NCBI GenBank assembly: GCA_964016885.1
Contig: OZ024742.1
Span: 163,742,001-163,806,000 of the forward strand
Length of the DNA stretch: 64,000 nt
Direction of reading: 5' to 3'
Origin: Eledone cirrhosa
Lineage: Eukaryota
Shown here: positions 1 to 13,300 of the stretch, one piece after another
Layout of the letters: every line of letters starts with the position of its first letter
How positions within the stretch are numbered: the first letter of the stretch is position 1
Notes under the pieces: model-generated
Database searches by the model: none
What the model saw: only the letters and a program-made list of their open reading frames with translations
Told to the model about the DNA's origin: nothing
Program-made: the position numbers and the translations under genes

Positions 1-380
1 TTTACAATCTCCGCCTGATTTTTTAAAAAATTACCTTCCCTTGGCTGGCCGGAAATTATCTCCCCTTGGACGGCTGGAAATTATCTCCCCTTGGAAGGAT
101 GGAAATTATCTCCCCTTGGACGGCTGGAAATTATCTCCCCTTGCACGGCTGGAAATTATGTCCCCTTGGACAGCTGGAAATTATCTGCCCTTGATTTTGT
201 TTTTACAAATTATCTCCCCCTGATTTTTTTACAAATTATCTCCACCTGATTTTTTAAAAAATTATCTCCCCTTGGACGGCTGGAAATTATCTCCCCTTGG
301 CTGGAAATTATCTCTCCTTGGACGGCTGGAAATTATCTCCCTTTGATTTTTTTTACAAATTATCTCCCTCTGATTTTTTT

Positions 381-525
381 TACAAATTTCCCCCTGATTT
401 AAAAAAAAAAATTATCTCCCCTTCGCTGGCTGGAAATTATCTCCCCTTGGACACTGGAAATTATAGCCCCTTGGAGGGCTGGAAATTATCTTCCCTTGGA
501 CGGCTGGAAATTATCTCCCCTTGAT
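381..525 (+). repeat. Representative A-run cassette 3: AAATTTCCCCC (shortened B) / TnAm / TTCGCTGGCTGG / GGACACTGGAAATTATAGCCCC / GGAGGGCTGG..CTTCCC
   Basis: It recurs at ~1618, 6920, 8272, 14738, 19438, 20790, 52895, 55183 and in the duplicated copies. Partial versions occur at 13525 and 26070. Confidence 0.9.
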
Positions 526-1108
526 TTCTTTTACAAATTATCTCCCCCTGATTTTTTTTTACAAATTATCTCCCCCTGATTTTTTTTTACAAATTATCTC
601 CGCCTGATTTTTTTTTAAAATTATCTCTCCTTGGACGGCTGGAAATTATCTCCCCTTGATTTTTTTTACAAATTATCTCCCTCTGATTTTTTTTACAAAT
701 TATCTCCCCCTGATTTTTTTTTACAAATTATCTCCCCCTGATTTTTTTTTAAAAATTATCTCCCCCTGATTTTTTTTACAAATTATCTCCCCCTGATTTT
801 TTTTACAAATTATCTCCCCCTGATTTTTTTACAAATTATCTCCCCCTGATTTTTTTTACAAATTATCTCCGCCTAATTTTTTTAAATATTATCTTCCCTT
901 GGCTGGCGGGAAATTATCTCCCCTTGGACGGCTGAAAATTATCTCCCCTTGGACGGCTGGAAATTATCTCCCCTTGATTTTTTTACAAATTATCTCCCCC
1001 TGATTATTTTTTACAAATTATCTCCCCCTGATTTTTTTTTACAAATTATCTCCCCCTGATTTTTTTTACAAATTATCTCCCCCTGATTTTTTTACAAATT
1101 ATCTCCCC

Positions 1109-1320
1109 TTGGCTGGCTGGAAATTATCTCCCCTTGGTGGCTGGAATTTATCACCCCTTGGACGGTTAGAAATTACCTCTCCTTGGACGGCTGGAAAATA
1201 TGTCTCCTTGGACGGCTGGAAATTATCTCCCCTTGGACGGCTGGAAATTATCTCTCCTCGGACGGCTAGAAATTACCTCTCCTTGGACGGCTGAAAATTA
1301 TCTCCCCTTGGACGGCTGGA
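1109..1320 (+). repeat. Representative A-run cassette 1: ordered variants GGCTGGCTGG / GGAGGCTGGAATTT (24 bp; GGTGG in this copy) / TAGAAATTACCTCTCC / GGAAAATATGTCTCC / consensus units
   Basis: The same variant order is seen at 2256, 2979, 3339, 4970, 5537, 5923, 7609, 9242, 11693 and dozens of later sites up to 62454. It produces the recurrent MAGWKLSPLGGWNLSP pseudo-ORF. Confidence 0.93.
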
Positions 1321-4054
1321 AATTATCTCCCCTTGCACGGCTGGAAATTATCTCCCCTTGGACAGCTGGAAATTATCTGCCCTTGATTTTGTTTTTACAA
1401 ATTATCTCCCCCTGATTTTTTTTACAAATTATCTCCACCTGATTTTTTAAAAACTATCTCCCCTTGGACGGCTGGAAATTATCTCCCCTTGGACGGCTAG
1501 AAATTATCTCTCTTTGGACGGCTGGAAATTATCTCCCTTTGATTTTTTTTACAAATTATCTCCCTCTGATTTTTTTTACAAATTTCCACCTGATTTTTTT
1601 AAAAAAATTATCTCCCCTTCGCTGGCTGGAAATTATCTCCCCTTGGACACTGGAAATTATAGCCCCTTGGAGGGCTGGAAATTATCTTCCCTTGGACGGC
1701 TGGAAATTATCTCCCCTTGATTTTTTTTACAAATTATCTCCCCCTGATTTTTTTTTACAAATTATCTCCCCCTGATTTTTTTTTACAAATTATCTCCGCC
1801 TGATTTTTTTTTAAAATTATCTCTCCTTGGATGGCTGGAAATTATCTCCCCTTGATTTTTTTTACATATCATCTCCCCCTGATTTTTTTTACAAATTATC
1901 TCCCCCTGATTTTTTTTTACAAATTATCTACCCCTGATTTTTTTTTACAAATTATCTCCCCCTGATTTTTTTTACAAATTATCTCCCCCTGATTTTTTTA
2001 CAAATTATCTCCCCCTGATTTTTTTACAAATTATCTCCGCCTAATTTTTTTAAATATTATCTCCCCTTGGACGGCTGGAAATTATCTCCCCTTGATTTTT
2101 TTTACAAATTATCTCCCCCTGATTATTTTTTACAAATTATCTCCCCCTGATTTTTTTTTACAAATTATCTTCCCCTGATTTTTTTTTACAAATTATCTCC
2201 CCCTGATTTTTTTTACAAATTATCTCCCCATGATTTTTTTACAAATTATCTCCCCTTGGCTGGCTGGAAATTATCTCCCCTTGGAGGCTGGAATTTATCT
2301 CCCCTTGGACGGCTAGAAATTACCTCTCCTTGGACGGCTGGAAAATATGTCTCCTTGGACGGCTGGATATTATCTACCCTTGGACGGCTGGAAATTATCT
2401 CCCCTTGGACGGCTGGAAATTATCTCCCCTTGGACGGCTAGATATTACCTCCCCTTGGACGGCTGGAAATTATCTCCCCTTGATTTTTTTTACAAATTAT
2501 CTCCCCCTGATTTTTTTTACAAATTATCTCCCCCTGATTTTTTTACAAATTATCTCCCCCTGATTTTTCTACAAATTATCTCCGCCTAATTTTTTTAAAT
2601 ATTATCTTCCCTTGGCTGGCGGGAAATTATCTCCCCTTGGACGGCTGAAAATTATCTCCCCTTGGACGGCTGGAAATTATCTCCCCTTGATTTTTTTACA
2701 AATTATCTCCCCCTGATTATTTTTTACAAATTATCTCCCCCTGATTTTTTTTACAAATTATCTCCCCCTGATTTTTTTACAAATTATCTCCGCTTAATTT
2801 TTTTAAATATTATCTCCCCTTGGACGGCTGAAAATTATCTCCCCTTGGACGGCTGGAAATTATCTCCCCTTGATTTTTTTACAAATTATCTCCCCCTGAT
2901 TATTTTTTACAAATTATCTCCCCCTGATTTTTTTTTACAAATTATCTCCCCCTGATTTTTTTTACAAATTATCTCCCCTTGGCTGGCTGGAAATTATCTC
3001 CCCTTGGAGGCTGGAATTTATCTCCCCTTGGACGGTTAGAAATTACCTCTCCTTGGACGGCTGGAAAACATGTCTCCTTGGACGGCTGGAAATTATCTCC
3101 CCTTGGACGGCTGGAAATTATCTCCCCTTGCACGGCTGGAAATTATCTCTCCTCGGACGGCTAGAAATTACCTCTCCTTGGACGGCTGGAAATTATCTCC
3201 CCTTGATTTTTTTACAAATTATCTCCCCCTGATTTTTTTTTACAAATTATCTCCCCCTGATTTTTTTTTACAAATTATCTCCCCCTCATTTTTTTTTACA
3301 AATTATCCTCCCCTGATTTTTTTACAAATTATCTCCCCTTGGCTGGCTGGAAATTATCTCCCCTTGGAGGCTGGAATTTATCTCCCCTTGGACGGCTAGA
3401 AATTACCTCGCTTTGGACGGTTGGAAAATATGTCTCCTTGGACGGCTGGAAATTATCTCCCCTTGGACGGCTGGAAATTATCTCCCCTTGGACGGCTGGA
3501 AATTATCTCCCCTTGGACGGCTAGATATTACCTCCCCTTGGACGGCTGGAAATTATCTCCCCTTGATTTTTTTTACAAATTATCTCCCCCTGATTTTTTT
3601 TTACAAATTATCTCCCCCTGATTTTTTTTACGAATTATCTCCCCCTGATTTTTTTTTACAAATTATCTCCGCCTGATTTTTTTTAAAAAATTATCTCCCC
3701 TTGAACGGCCGGAAATTATCTCCCCTTGGACGGCTGGAAATTATCTCCCCTTGGACGGCTAGAAATTACCTCTCCTTGGACGGCTGAAAATTATCTCCCA
3801 TTGGACGGCTGCAAATTATCTCCCCTTGATTTTTTTAACAAATTATCTCCCCCTGATTTTTTTTTACAAATTATCTCCCCCTGATTTTTTTTTACAAATT
3901 ATCTACGCCTAATTTTTTTTACAAATTATCTCCCCCTGATTTTTTTTACAAATTATCTCCCCCTGATTTTTTTTACCAATTATCTCCCCCTGATTTTTTT
4001 TTACAAATTATCTCCCCCTGATTTTTTTACAAATTATCTCACCCCTGATTTTTT

Positions 4055-4320
4055 TTACAATCTCCGCCTGATTTTTTAAAAAATTATCTTCCCTTGGCTG
4101 GCGGGAAATTATCTCCCCTTGGACGGCTGGAAATTATATCCCCTTGGAAGGATGGAAATTATCTCCCCTTGGACGGCTGGAAATTATCTCCCCTTGTACG
4201 GCTGGAAATTATCTCCCCTTGGACAGCTGGAAATTATCTGCCCTTGATTTTGTTTTTACAAATTATCTCCCCCTGATTTTTTTTACAAATTATCTCCACC
4301 TGATTTTTTAAAAAATTATC
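4055..4320 (+). repeat. Representative A-run cassette 2: ACAATCTCCGCC (shortened B) / CTTCCCTTGGCTGGCGGG / GGAAGGATGG / TTGYACGG / GGACAGCTGG..CTGCCCTTGATTTTGTTTTT / CTCCACCT
   Basis: The same order recurs at ~41, 6739, 7887, 9996, 12397, 16435, 19081, 22279, 24732, 54802, 56778, 58473, 59341, 63128 and in the duplicated copies. Confidence 0.92.
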
Positions 4321-7300
4321 TCCCCTTGGACGGCTGGAAATTATCTCCCCTTGATTTTTTTTACAAATTATCTCCCCCTGATTTTTTTTTACAAATTATC
4401 TCCCCCTGATTTTTTTTTACAAATTATCTTCGCCTGATTTTTTTTAAAAATTATCTCTCCTTGGACGGCTGGATATTATCTCCCCTTTCATTTTTTTTAT
4501 AAATTATCTCCCCCTGATTTTTTTTTACAAATTATCTCCCCCTGATTTTTTTTTACAAATTATCTACCCCTGATTTTTTTTTACAAATTATCTCCCCCTG
4601 ATTTTTCTTACAAATTATCTCCCCCTGATTTTTTTTTTACAAATTATCTCCCCCTGATTTTTTTACAAATTATCTCCCCCTGATTTTTTTTACAAATTAT
4701 CTCCGCCTGATTTTTTTAAATATTATCTTCCCTTGGCTGGCGGGAAATTATCTCCCCTTGGACGGCTGAAAATTATCTCCCCTTGGACGGCTGGAAATTA
4801 TCTCCACTTGATTTTTTTTACAAATTATCTCCCCCTAATTTTTTTTTACAAATTATCTCCCCCTGATTTTTTTTTACAAATTATCCCCCTGATTTTTTTT
4901 TACAAATTATCTCCCCCTGATTTTTTTTACAAATTATCTCCCCATGATTTTTTTACAAATTATCTCCCCTTGGCTGGCTGGAAATTATCTCCCCTTGGAG
5001 GCTGGAATTAATCTCCCCTTGGACGGCTAGAAATTACCTCTCCTTGGACGGCTGGAAAATATGTCTCCTTGGACGGCTGGATATTATCTACCCTTGGACG
5101 GCTGGAAATTATCTCCCCTTGGACGGCTGGAAATTATCTCCCCTTGGACGGCTAGATATTACCTCCCCTTGGACGGCTGGAAATTATCTCCCCTTGATTT
5201 TTTTTACAAATTATCTCCCCCTGATTTTTTTTACAAATTATCTCCCCCTGATTTTTTTACAAATTATCTCCCCTTGATTTTTTTTACAAATTATCTCCGC
5301 CTAATTTTTTTAAATATTATCTTCCCTTGGCTGGCGGGAAATTATCTCCCCTTGGACGGCTGAAAATTATCTCCCCTTGGACGGCTGGAAATTATCTCCC
5401 CTTGATTTTTTTTACAAATTATCTCCCCCTGATTATTTTTTACAAATTATCTCTTCCTGATTTTTTTTACAAATTATCTCCCCCTGATTTTTTTTACAAA
5501 TTATCTCCCCCTGATATTTTTACAAATTATCTCCCCTTGGCTGGCTGGAAATTATCTCCCCTTGGAGGCTGGAATTTATCTCCCATTGGACGGCTAGAAA
5601 ATACCTCTCCTTGGACGGCTGGAAAATATGTCTCCTTGGACGGCTGGAATTTATCTCCCCTTGGACGGCTGGAAATTATCTCCCCTTGGACGGCTGGAAA
5701 TTATCTCTCCTTGGACGGCTAGAAATTACCTCTCCTTGGACGGCTGAAAATTATCTCCCCTTGGACGGCTGGAAATTATCTCCCCCTGATTTTTTTTTAC
5801 AAATTATCTCCCCCTGATTTTTTTTTACAAATTATCTCCCCCTGATTTTTTTTTACAAATTATCTCCCCCTGATATTTTTTACAAATTATCTCCCCCTGA
5901 TTTTTTTACAAATTATCTCCCCTTGGCTGGCTGGAAATTATCTCCCCTTGGAGGCTGGAAATTATCTCCCCTTGGACGGCTAGAAATTACCTCGCCTTGG
6001 ACGGCTGGAAAATATGTCTCCTTGGACGGCTGGAAATTATCTCCCCTTGGACGGCTGGAAATTATCTCCCCTTGGACGGCTAGATATTACCTCCCCTTGG
6101 ACGGCTGGAAATTATCTCCCCTTGATTTTTTTTTACAAATTATCTCCCCCTGATTTTTTTTTACAAATTATCTCCCCCTGATTTTTTTTTACGAATTATC
6201 TCCCCCTGATTTTTTTTACAAATTATCTCCGCCTGATTTTTTTAAAAAAATTATCTCCCCTTGGACGGCTGGAAATTATCTCCCCTTGATTTTTTTTACA
6301 AATTATCTCCCCCTGATTTTTTTTTACAAATTATCTCCCCCTGATTTTTTTTTACAAATTATCTACCCCTGATTTTTTTTTACAAATTATCTCCCCCTGA
6401 TTTTTTTTACAAATTATCTCCCCCTGATTTTTTTTTTACAAATTATCTTCGCCTGATTTTTTTAAAAAAATTATCTCCCCTTGGACGGCTGGAAATTATC
6501 TCCCCTTGGACGGCTGGAAATTATCTCCCCTTGGACGGCTAGAAATTACCTCTACTTGGACGGCTGAAAATTATCTCCCCTTGGACGGCTGCAAATTATC
6601 TCCCCTTGATTTTTTTTACAAATTATCTCCCCCTGATTTTTTTTTACAAATTATCTCCCCTTGATTTTTTTTCTACAAATTATCTCCCCCTGATTTTTTT
6701 TACAATCTCCGCCTGATTTTTTAAAAAATTATCTTCCCTTGGCTGGCGGGAAATTATCTCCCCTTGGACGGCTGGAAATTATCTCCCCTTGGAAGGATGG
6801 AAATTATCTCCCCTTGCACGGCTGGAAATTATCTCCCCTTGGACAGCTGGAAATTATCTGCCCTTTATTTTGTTTTTACAAATTATCTCCCCCTGATTTT
6901 TTTTACAAATTATCTCCCCTTCGCTGGCTGGAAATTATCTCCCCTTGGACACTGGAAATTATAGCCCCTTGGAGGGCTGGAAATTATCTTCCCTTGGACG
7001 GCTGGAAATTATCTCCCCTTGATTTTTTTTACAAATTATCTCCCCCTGATTTTTTTTTACAAATTATCTCCCCCTGATTTTTTTTTACAAATTACCTCCG
7101 CCAGATTTTTTTTTAAAATTATCTCTCCTTGGACGGCTGGAAATTATCTCCCCTTGATTTTTTTTACAAATTATCTCCCTCTGATTTTTTTTTTACAAAT
7201 TATCTCCCCCTGATTTTTTTTTACAAATTATCTACCCCTGATTTTTTTTTACAAATTATCTCCCCCTGATTTTTTTTACAAATTATCTCCCCCTGATTTT

Positions 7301-10300
7301 TTTTACAAATTATCTCCCCCTGATTTTTTTACAAATTATCTCCCCCTGATTTTTTTTACAAATTATCTCCGCCTAATTTTTTTAAATATTATCTTCCCTT
7401 GGCTGGCGGGAAATTATCTCCCCTTGGACGGCTGAAAATTATCTCCCCTTGGACGGCTGGAAATTATCTCCCCTTGATTTTTTTACAAATTATCTCCCCC
7501 TGATTATTTTTTACAAATTATCTCCCCCTGATTTTTTTTTACAAATTATCTCCCCCTGATTTTTTTTACAAATTATCTCCCCCTGATTTTTTTACAAATT
7601 ATCTCCCCTTGGCTGGCTGGAAATTATCTCCCCTTGGAGGCTGGAATTTATCACCCCTTGGACGGTTAGAAATTACCTCTCCTTGGACGGCTGGAAAATA
7701 TGTCTCCTTGGACGGCTGGAAATTATCTCCCCTTGGACGGCTGGAAATTATCTCTCCTCGGACGGCTAGAAATTACCTCTCCTTGGACGGCTGAAAATTA
7801 TCTCCCCTTGGACGGCTGGAAATTATCTCCCCTTGATTTTTTTTACAAATTATCTCCGCCTGATTTTTTTAAAAATTATCTTCCCTTGGCTGGCGGGAAA
7901 TTATCTCCCCTTGGACGGCTGGAAATTATCTCCCCTTGGAAGGATGGAAATTATCTCCCCTTGGACGGCTGGAAATTATCTCCCCTTGCACGGCTGGAAA
8001 TTATCTCCCCTTGGACAGCTGGAAATTATCTGCCCTTGATTTTGTTTTTACAAATTATCTCCCCCTGATTTTTTTTACAAATTATCTCCACCTGATTTTT
8101 TAAAAAATTATCTCCCCTTGGACGGCTGGAAATTATCTCCCCTTGGACGGCTAGAAATTATCTCTCTTTGGACGGCTGGAAATTATCTCCCTTTGATTTT
8201 TTTTACAAATTATCTCCCTCTGATTTTTTTTACAAATTTCCCCCTGATTTTTTTAAAAAAATTATCTCCCCTTCGCTGGCTGGAAATTATCTCCCCTTGG
8301 ACACTGGAAATTATAGCCCCTTGGAGGGCTGGAAATTATCTTCCCTTGAACGGCTGGAAATTATCTCCCCTTGATTTTTTTTACAAATTATCTCCCCATG
8401 ATTTTTTTTTACAAATTATCTCCCCCTGATTTTTTTTTACAAATTATCTCCGCCTGATTTTTTTTTTAAATTATCTCTCCTTGGACGGCTGGAAATTATC
8501 TCCCCTTGATTTTTTTTACATATCATTTCCCCCTGATTTTTTTTTACAAATTATCTCCCCCTGATTTTTTTTTACAAATTATCTACCCCTGATTTTTTTT
8601 ACAAATTATCTCCACCTGATTTTTTTACAAATTATCTCCCGCTGATTTTTTTTACAAATTATCTCCGCCTAATTTTTTTAAATATTATCTCCCCTTGGAC
8701 GGCTGAAAATTATCTCCCCTTGGACGGCTGGAAATTATCTCCCCTTGATTTTTTTACAAATTATCTCCCCCTGATTATTTTTTACAAATTATCTCCCCCT
8801 GATTTTTTTTTACAAATTATCTCCCCCTGATTTTTTTTACAAATTATCTCCCCCTGATTTTTTTTACAAATTATCTCCCCTTGGAGGCTGGAATTTATCT
8901 CCCCTTGGACGGTTAGAAATTACCTCTCCTTGGACGGCTGGAAAATATGTCTCCTTGGACGGCTGGAAATTATCTCCCCTTGGACGGCTGGAAATTATCT
9001 CCCCTTGCACGGCTGGAAATTATCTCTCCTCGGACGGCTAGAAATTACCTCTCCTTGGACGGCTGAAAATTATCTCCCCTTGGACGGCTGGAAATTATCT
9101 CCCCTTGATTTTTTTTACAAATTATCTCCCCCTGATTTTTTTTTACAAATTATCTCCCCCTGATTTTTTTTTACAAATTATCTCCCCCTCATTTTTTTTT
9201 TTAAATTATCCTCCCCTGATTTTTTTACAAATTATCTCCCCTTGGCTGGCTGGAAATTATCTCCCCTTGGAGGCTGGAATTTATCTCCCCTTGGACGGCT
9301 AGAAATTACCTCGCTTTGGACGGTTGGAAAATATGTCTCCTTGGACGGCTGGAAATTATCTCCCCTTGGACGGCTGGAAATTATCTCCCCTTGGACGGCT
9401 GGAAATTATCTCCCCTTGGACGGCTAGATATTACCTCCCCTTGGACGGCTGGAAATTATTTCCCCTTGATTTTTTTTACAAATTATCTCCCCCTGATTTT
9501 TTTTTACAAATTATCTCCCCCTGATTTTTTTTACGAATTATCTCCCCCTGATTTTTTTTTACAAATTATCTCCGCCTGATTTTTTTTTAAAAATTATCCC
9601 CCTTGAACGGCTGGAAATTATCTCCCCTTGGACGGCTGGAAATTATCTCCCCTTGGACGGCTAGAAATTACCTCTCCTTGGACGTCTGAAAATTATCTCC
9701 CATTGGACGGCTGCAAATTATCTCCCCTTGATTTTTTTAACAAATTATCTCCCCCTGATTTTTTTTTACAAATTATCTCCCCCTGATTTTTTTTTACAAA
9801 TTATCTACGCCTAATTTTTTTTACAAATTATCTCCCCCTGATTTTTTTTACAAATTATCTCCCCCTGATTTTTTTTACAAATTATCTCCCCCTGATTTTT
9901 TTTTACAAATTATCTCCCCCTGATTTTTTTACAAATTATCTCCCCCCTGATTTTTTTTACAATCTCCGCCTGATTTTTTTAAAAATTATCTTCCCTTGGC
10001 TGGCGGGAAATTATCTCCCCTTGGACGGCTGGAAATTATATCCCCTTGGAAGGATGGAAATTATCTCCCCTTGGACGGCTGGAAATTATCTCCCCTTGTA
10101 CGGCTGGAAATTATCTCCCCTTGGACAGCTGGAAATTATCTGCCCTTGATTTTGTTTTTACAAATTATCTCCCCCTGATTTTTTTTACAAATTATCTCCA
10201 CCTGATTTTTTAAAAAATTATCTCCCCTTGGACGGCTGGAAATTATCTCCCCTTGATTTTTTTTACAAATTATCTCCCCCTGATTTTTTTTTACAAATTA

Positions 10301-13300
10301 TCTCCCCCTGATTTTTTTTTACAAATTATCTTCGCCTGATTTTTTTTAAAAATTATCTCTCCTTGGACGGCTGGATATTATCTCCCCTTTCATTTTTTTT
10401 ACAAATTATCTCCCCCTGATTTTTTTTTACAAATTATCTACCCCTGATTTTTTTTTACAAATTATCTCCCCCTGATTTTTTTTACAAATTATCTCCCCCT
10501 GATTTTTTTTTTACAAATTATCTCCCCCTGATTTTTTTACAAATTATCTCCCCCTGATTTTTTTTACAAATTATCTCCGCCTGATTTTTTTAAATATTAT
10601 CTTGCCTTGGCTGGCGGGAAATAATCTCCCCTTGGACGGCTGAAAATTATCTCCCCTTGGACGGCTGGAAATTATCTCCCCTTGATTTTTTTTACAAATT
10701 ATCTCCCCCTAATATTTTTTTACAAATTATCTCCCCCTGATTTTTTTTTACAAATTATCTCCCCCTGATTTTTTTTTACAAATTATCTCCCCATGATTTT
10801 TTTACAAATTATCTCCCCTTGGAGGCTGGAATTAATCTCCCCTTGGACGGCTAGAAATTACCTCTCCTTGGACGGCTGGAAAATATGTCTCCTTGGACGG
10901 CTGGATATTATCTACCCTTGGACGGCTGGAAATTATCTCCCCTTGGACGGCTGGAAATTATCTCCCCTTGGACGGCTAGATATTACCTCCCCTTGGACGG
11001 CTGGAAATTATCTCGCCTTGATTTTCTTTACAAATTATCTCCCCCTGATTTTTTTTACAAATTATCTCCCCCTGATTTTTTTAAATATTATCTTCCCTTG
11101 GCTGGCGGGAAATTATCTCCCCTTGGACGGCTGAAAATTATCTCCCCTTGGACGGCTGGAAATTATCTCCCCTTGATTTTTTTTACAAATTATCTCCCCC
11201 TGATTATTTTTTACAAATTATCTCTTCCTGATTTTTTTTACAAATTATCTCCCCCTGATTTCTTTTACAAATTATCTCCCCCTGATCTTTTTACAAATTA
11301 TCTCCCCTTGGCTGGCTGGAAATTATCTCCCCTTGGAGGCTGGAATTTATCTCCCATTGGACGGCTAGAAATTACCTCTCCTTGGACGGCTGGAAAATAT
11401 GTCTCCTTGGACGGCTGGAAATTATCTCCCCTTGGACGGCTGGAAATTATCTCCCCTTGGACGGCTGGAAATTATCTCTCCTTGGACGGCTAGAAATTAC
11501 CTCTCCTTGGACGGCTGAAAATTATCTCCCCTTGGACGGCTGGAAATTATCTCCTCTTGATTTTTGTTACAAATTATCTCCCCCTGATTTTTTTTTACAA
11601 ATTATCTCCCACTGATTTTTTTTTACAAATTATCTCCCCCTGATATTTTTTACAAATTATCTCCCCCTGATTTTTTTACAAATTATCTCCCCTTGGCTGG
11701 CTGGAAATTATCTCCCCTTGGAGGCTGGAATTTATCTCCCCTTGGACGGCTAGAAATTACCTCTCCTTGGACGGCTAGAAAATATGTCTCCTTGGACGGC
11801 TGGAAATTATCTCCCCTTGGACGGCTGGAAATTATCTCCTCTTGGACGGCTGGAAATTATCTCCCCTTGGGCGGCTAGATATTACCTCCCCTTGGACTAC
11901 TGGAAATTATCTCCCCTTGATTTTTTTTACCAATTATCTCCCCCTGATTTTTTTTTACAAATTATCTCCCCCTGATTTTTTTTTACGAATTATCTCCGCC
12001 TAATTTTTTTTTATAAATGATCTCCCCATGGACGGCTGGAAATTATCTGCCCTTGGACGGCTGGAAATTATCTCCCCTTGGACGGCTAGAAATTACCTCT
12101 CCTTGGACGGCTGAAAATTATCTCCCCTTGGACGGCTGCAAATTATCTCCCCTTGATTTTTTTAACAAATTATCTCCCCCTGATTTTTTTTACAAATTAT
12201 CTCCCCCTGATTTTTTTTACAAATTATCTACGCCTAATTTTTTTTACAAATTATCTCCCCCTGATTTTTTTTTACAAATTATCTCCCCCTGATTTTTTTT
12301 TACAAATTATCTCCCCCTGATTTTTTTTTTACAAATTATCCCCCCCCCTGATTTTTTTTACAATCTCCGCCTGATTTTTTTAAAAATTATCTTCCCTTGG
12401 CTGGCGGGAAATTATCTCCCCTTGGACGGCTGGAAATTATATCCCCTTGGAAGGATGGAAATTATCTCCCCTTGGACGGCTGGAAATTATCTCCCCTTGG
12501 ACAGCTGGAAATTATCTGCCCTTGATTTTGTTTTTACAAATTATCTCCCCCTGATTTTTTTTACAAATTATCTCCACCTGATTTTTTTAAAAATTATCTC
12601 CCCTTGGACTGCAGTAAATTATCTCTCCTTGGCTGGAAATTATCTCCCCTTGGACGGCTAGAAATTATCTCTATTTGGACGGCTGGAAATTATCTCCCTT
12701 TGATTTTTTTTACAAATTATCTCCCTCTGATTTTTTTACAAATCTCCCCCTGATTTTTTTTTACAAATTATCTCCCCCTGATTTTTTTTTTACAAATTAT
12801 CTCCGCCTGATTTTTTTTTAAAATTATCTCCCCTTGGACGGCTGGAAATTATCTCCCCTTGGACGGCTGGAAATTATCTCCCCTTGGACGGCTAGAAATT
12901 ACCTCTCCTTGGACGACTGAAAATTATCTCCCCTTGGACGGCTGCAAATTATCTCCCCTTGGACGGCTGGAAATTATCTCCCCTTGGACGGCTGGAAATT
13001 ATCTCCCCTTGGAGGCTAGAAATTACCTCTCCTTGGACGGCTGAAAATTATCTCCCCTTGGACGGCTGGAAATTATCTCCCCTTGATTTTTTTACAAATT
13101 ATCTCCCCCTGATTTTTTTTTACAAATTATCTCCCCCTGATTTTTTTTACAAATTATCTCCCCCTGATTTTTTTTTACAAATTATCACCCCCTGATTTTT
13201 ATTTACAAATTATCTTCCCCTGATTTTTTTTTACAAATTATCTTCCCTTGGCTGGCGGGAAATTATCTCCCCTTGGACGGCTGGAAATTATCTACCCTTG

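Noticed and set aside
531-600. T tracts as intrinsic or Pol III terminators, or retroposon poly(A) tails
   Set aside because: There is no preceding GC hairpin, A/B box, target-site duplication or transcription unit. The tracts are simply part of monomer B.
661-870. G-quadruplex or i-motif potential from regularly spaced G4-5/C4-5 runs
   Set aside because: The loops are ~21-23 nt, far beyond typical stable G4 loop lengths, so this cannot be supported from sequence alone.
901-930. NF-kB/Rel-like or hairpin motif GGGAAATTATCTCCC
   Set aside because: The spacing does not fit GGGRNWYYCC, the stem is only 4 bp, and the GGG form is a minority junction variant.
10885-11493. Longest ORF (202 aa, copies at 38711 and 48903)
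   Set aside because: It results from a chance 53-bp monomer deletion. The homologous regions at 17376 and 23168 are split into two ORFs, and no domain is recognisable.
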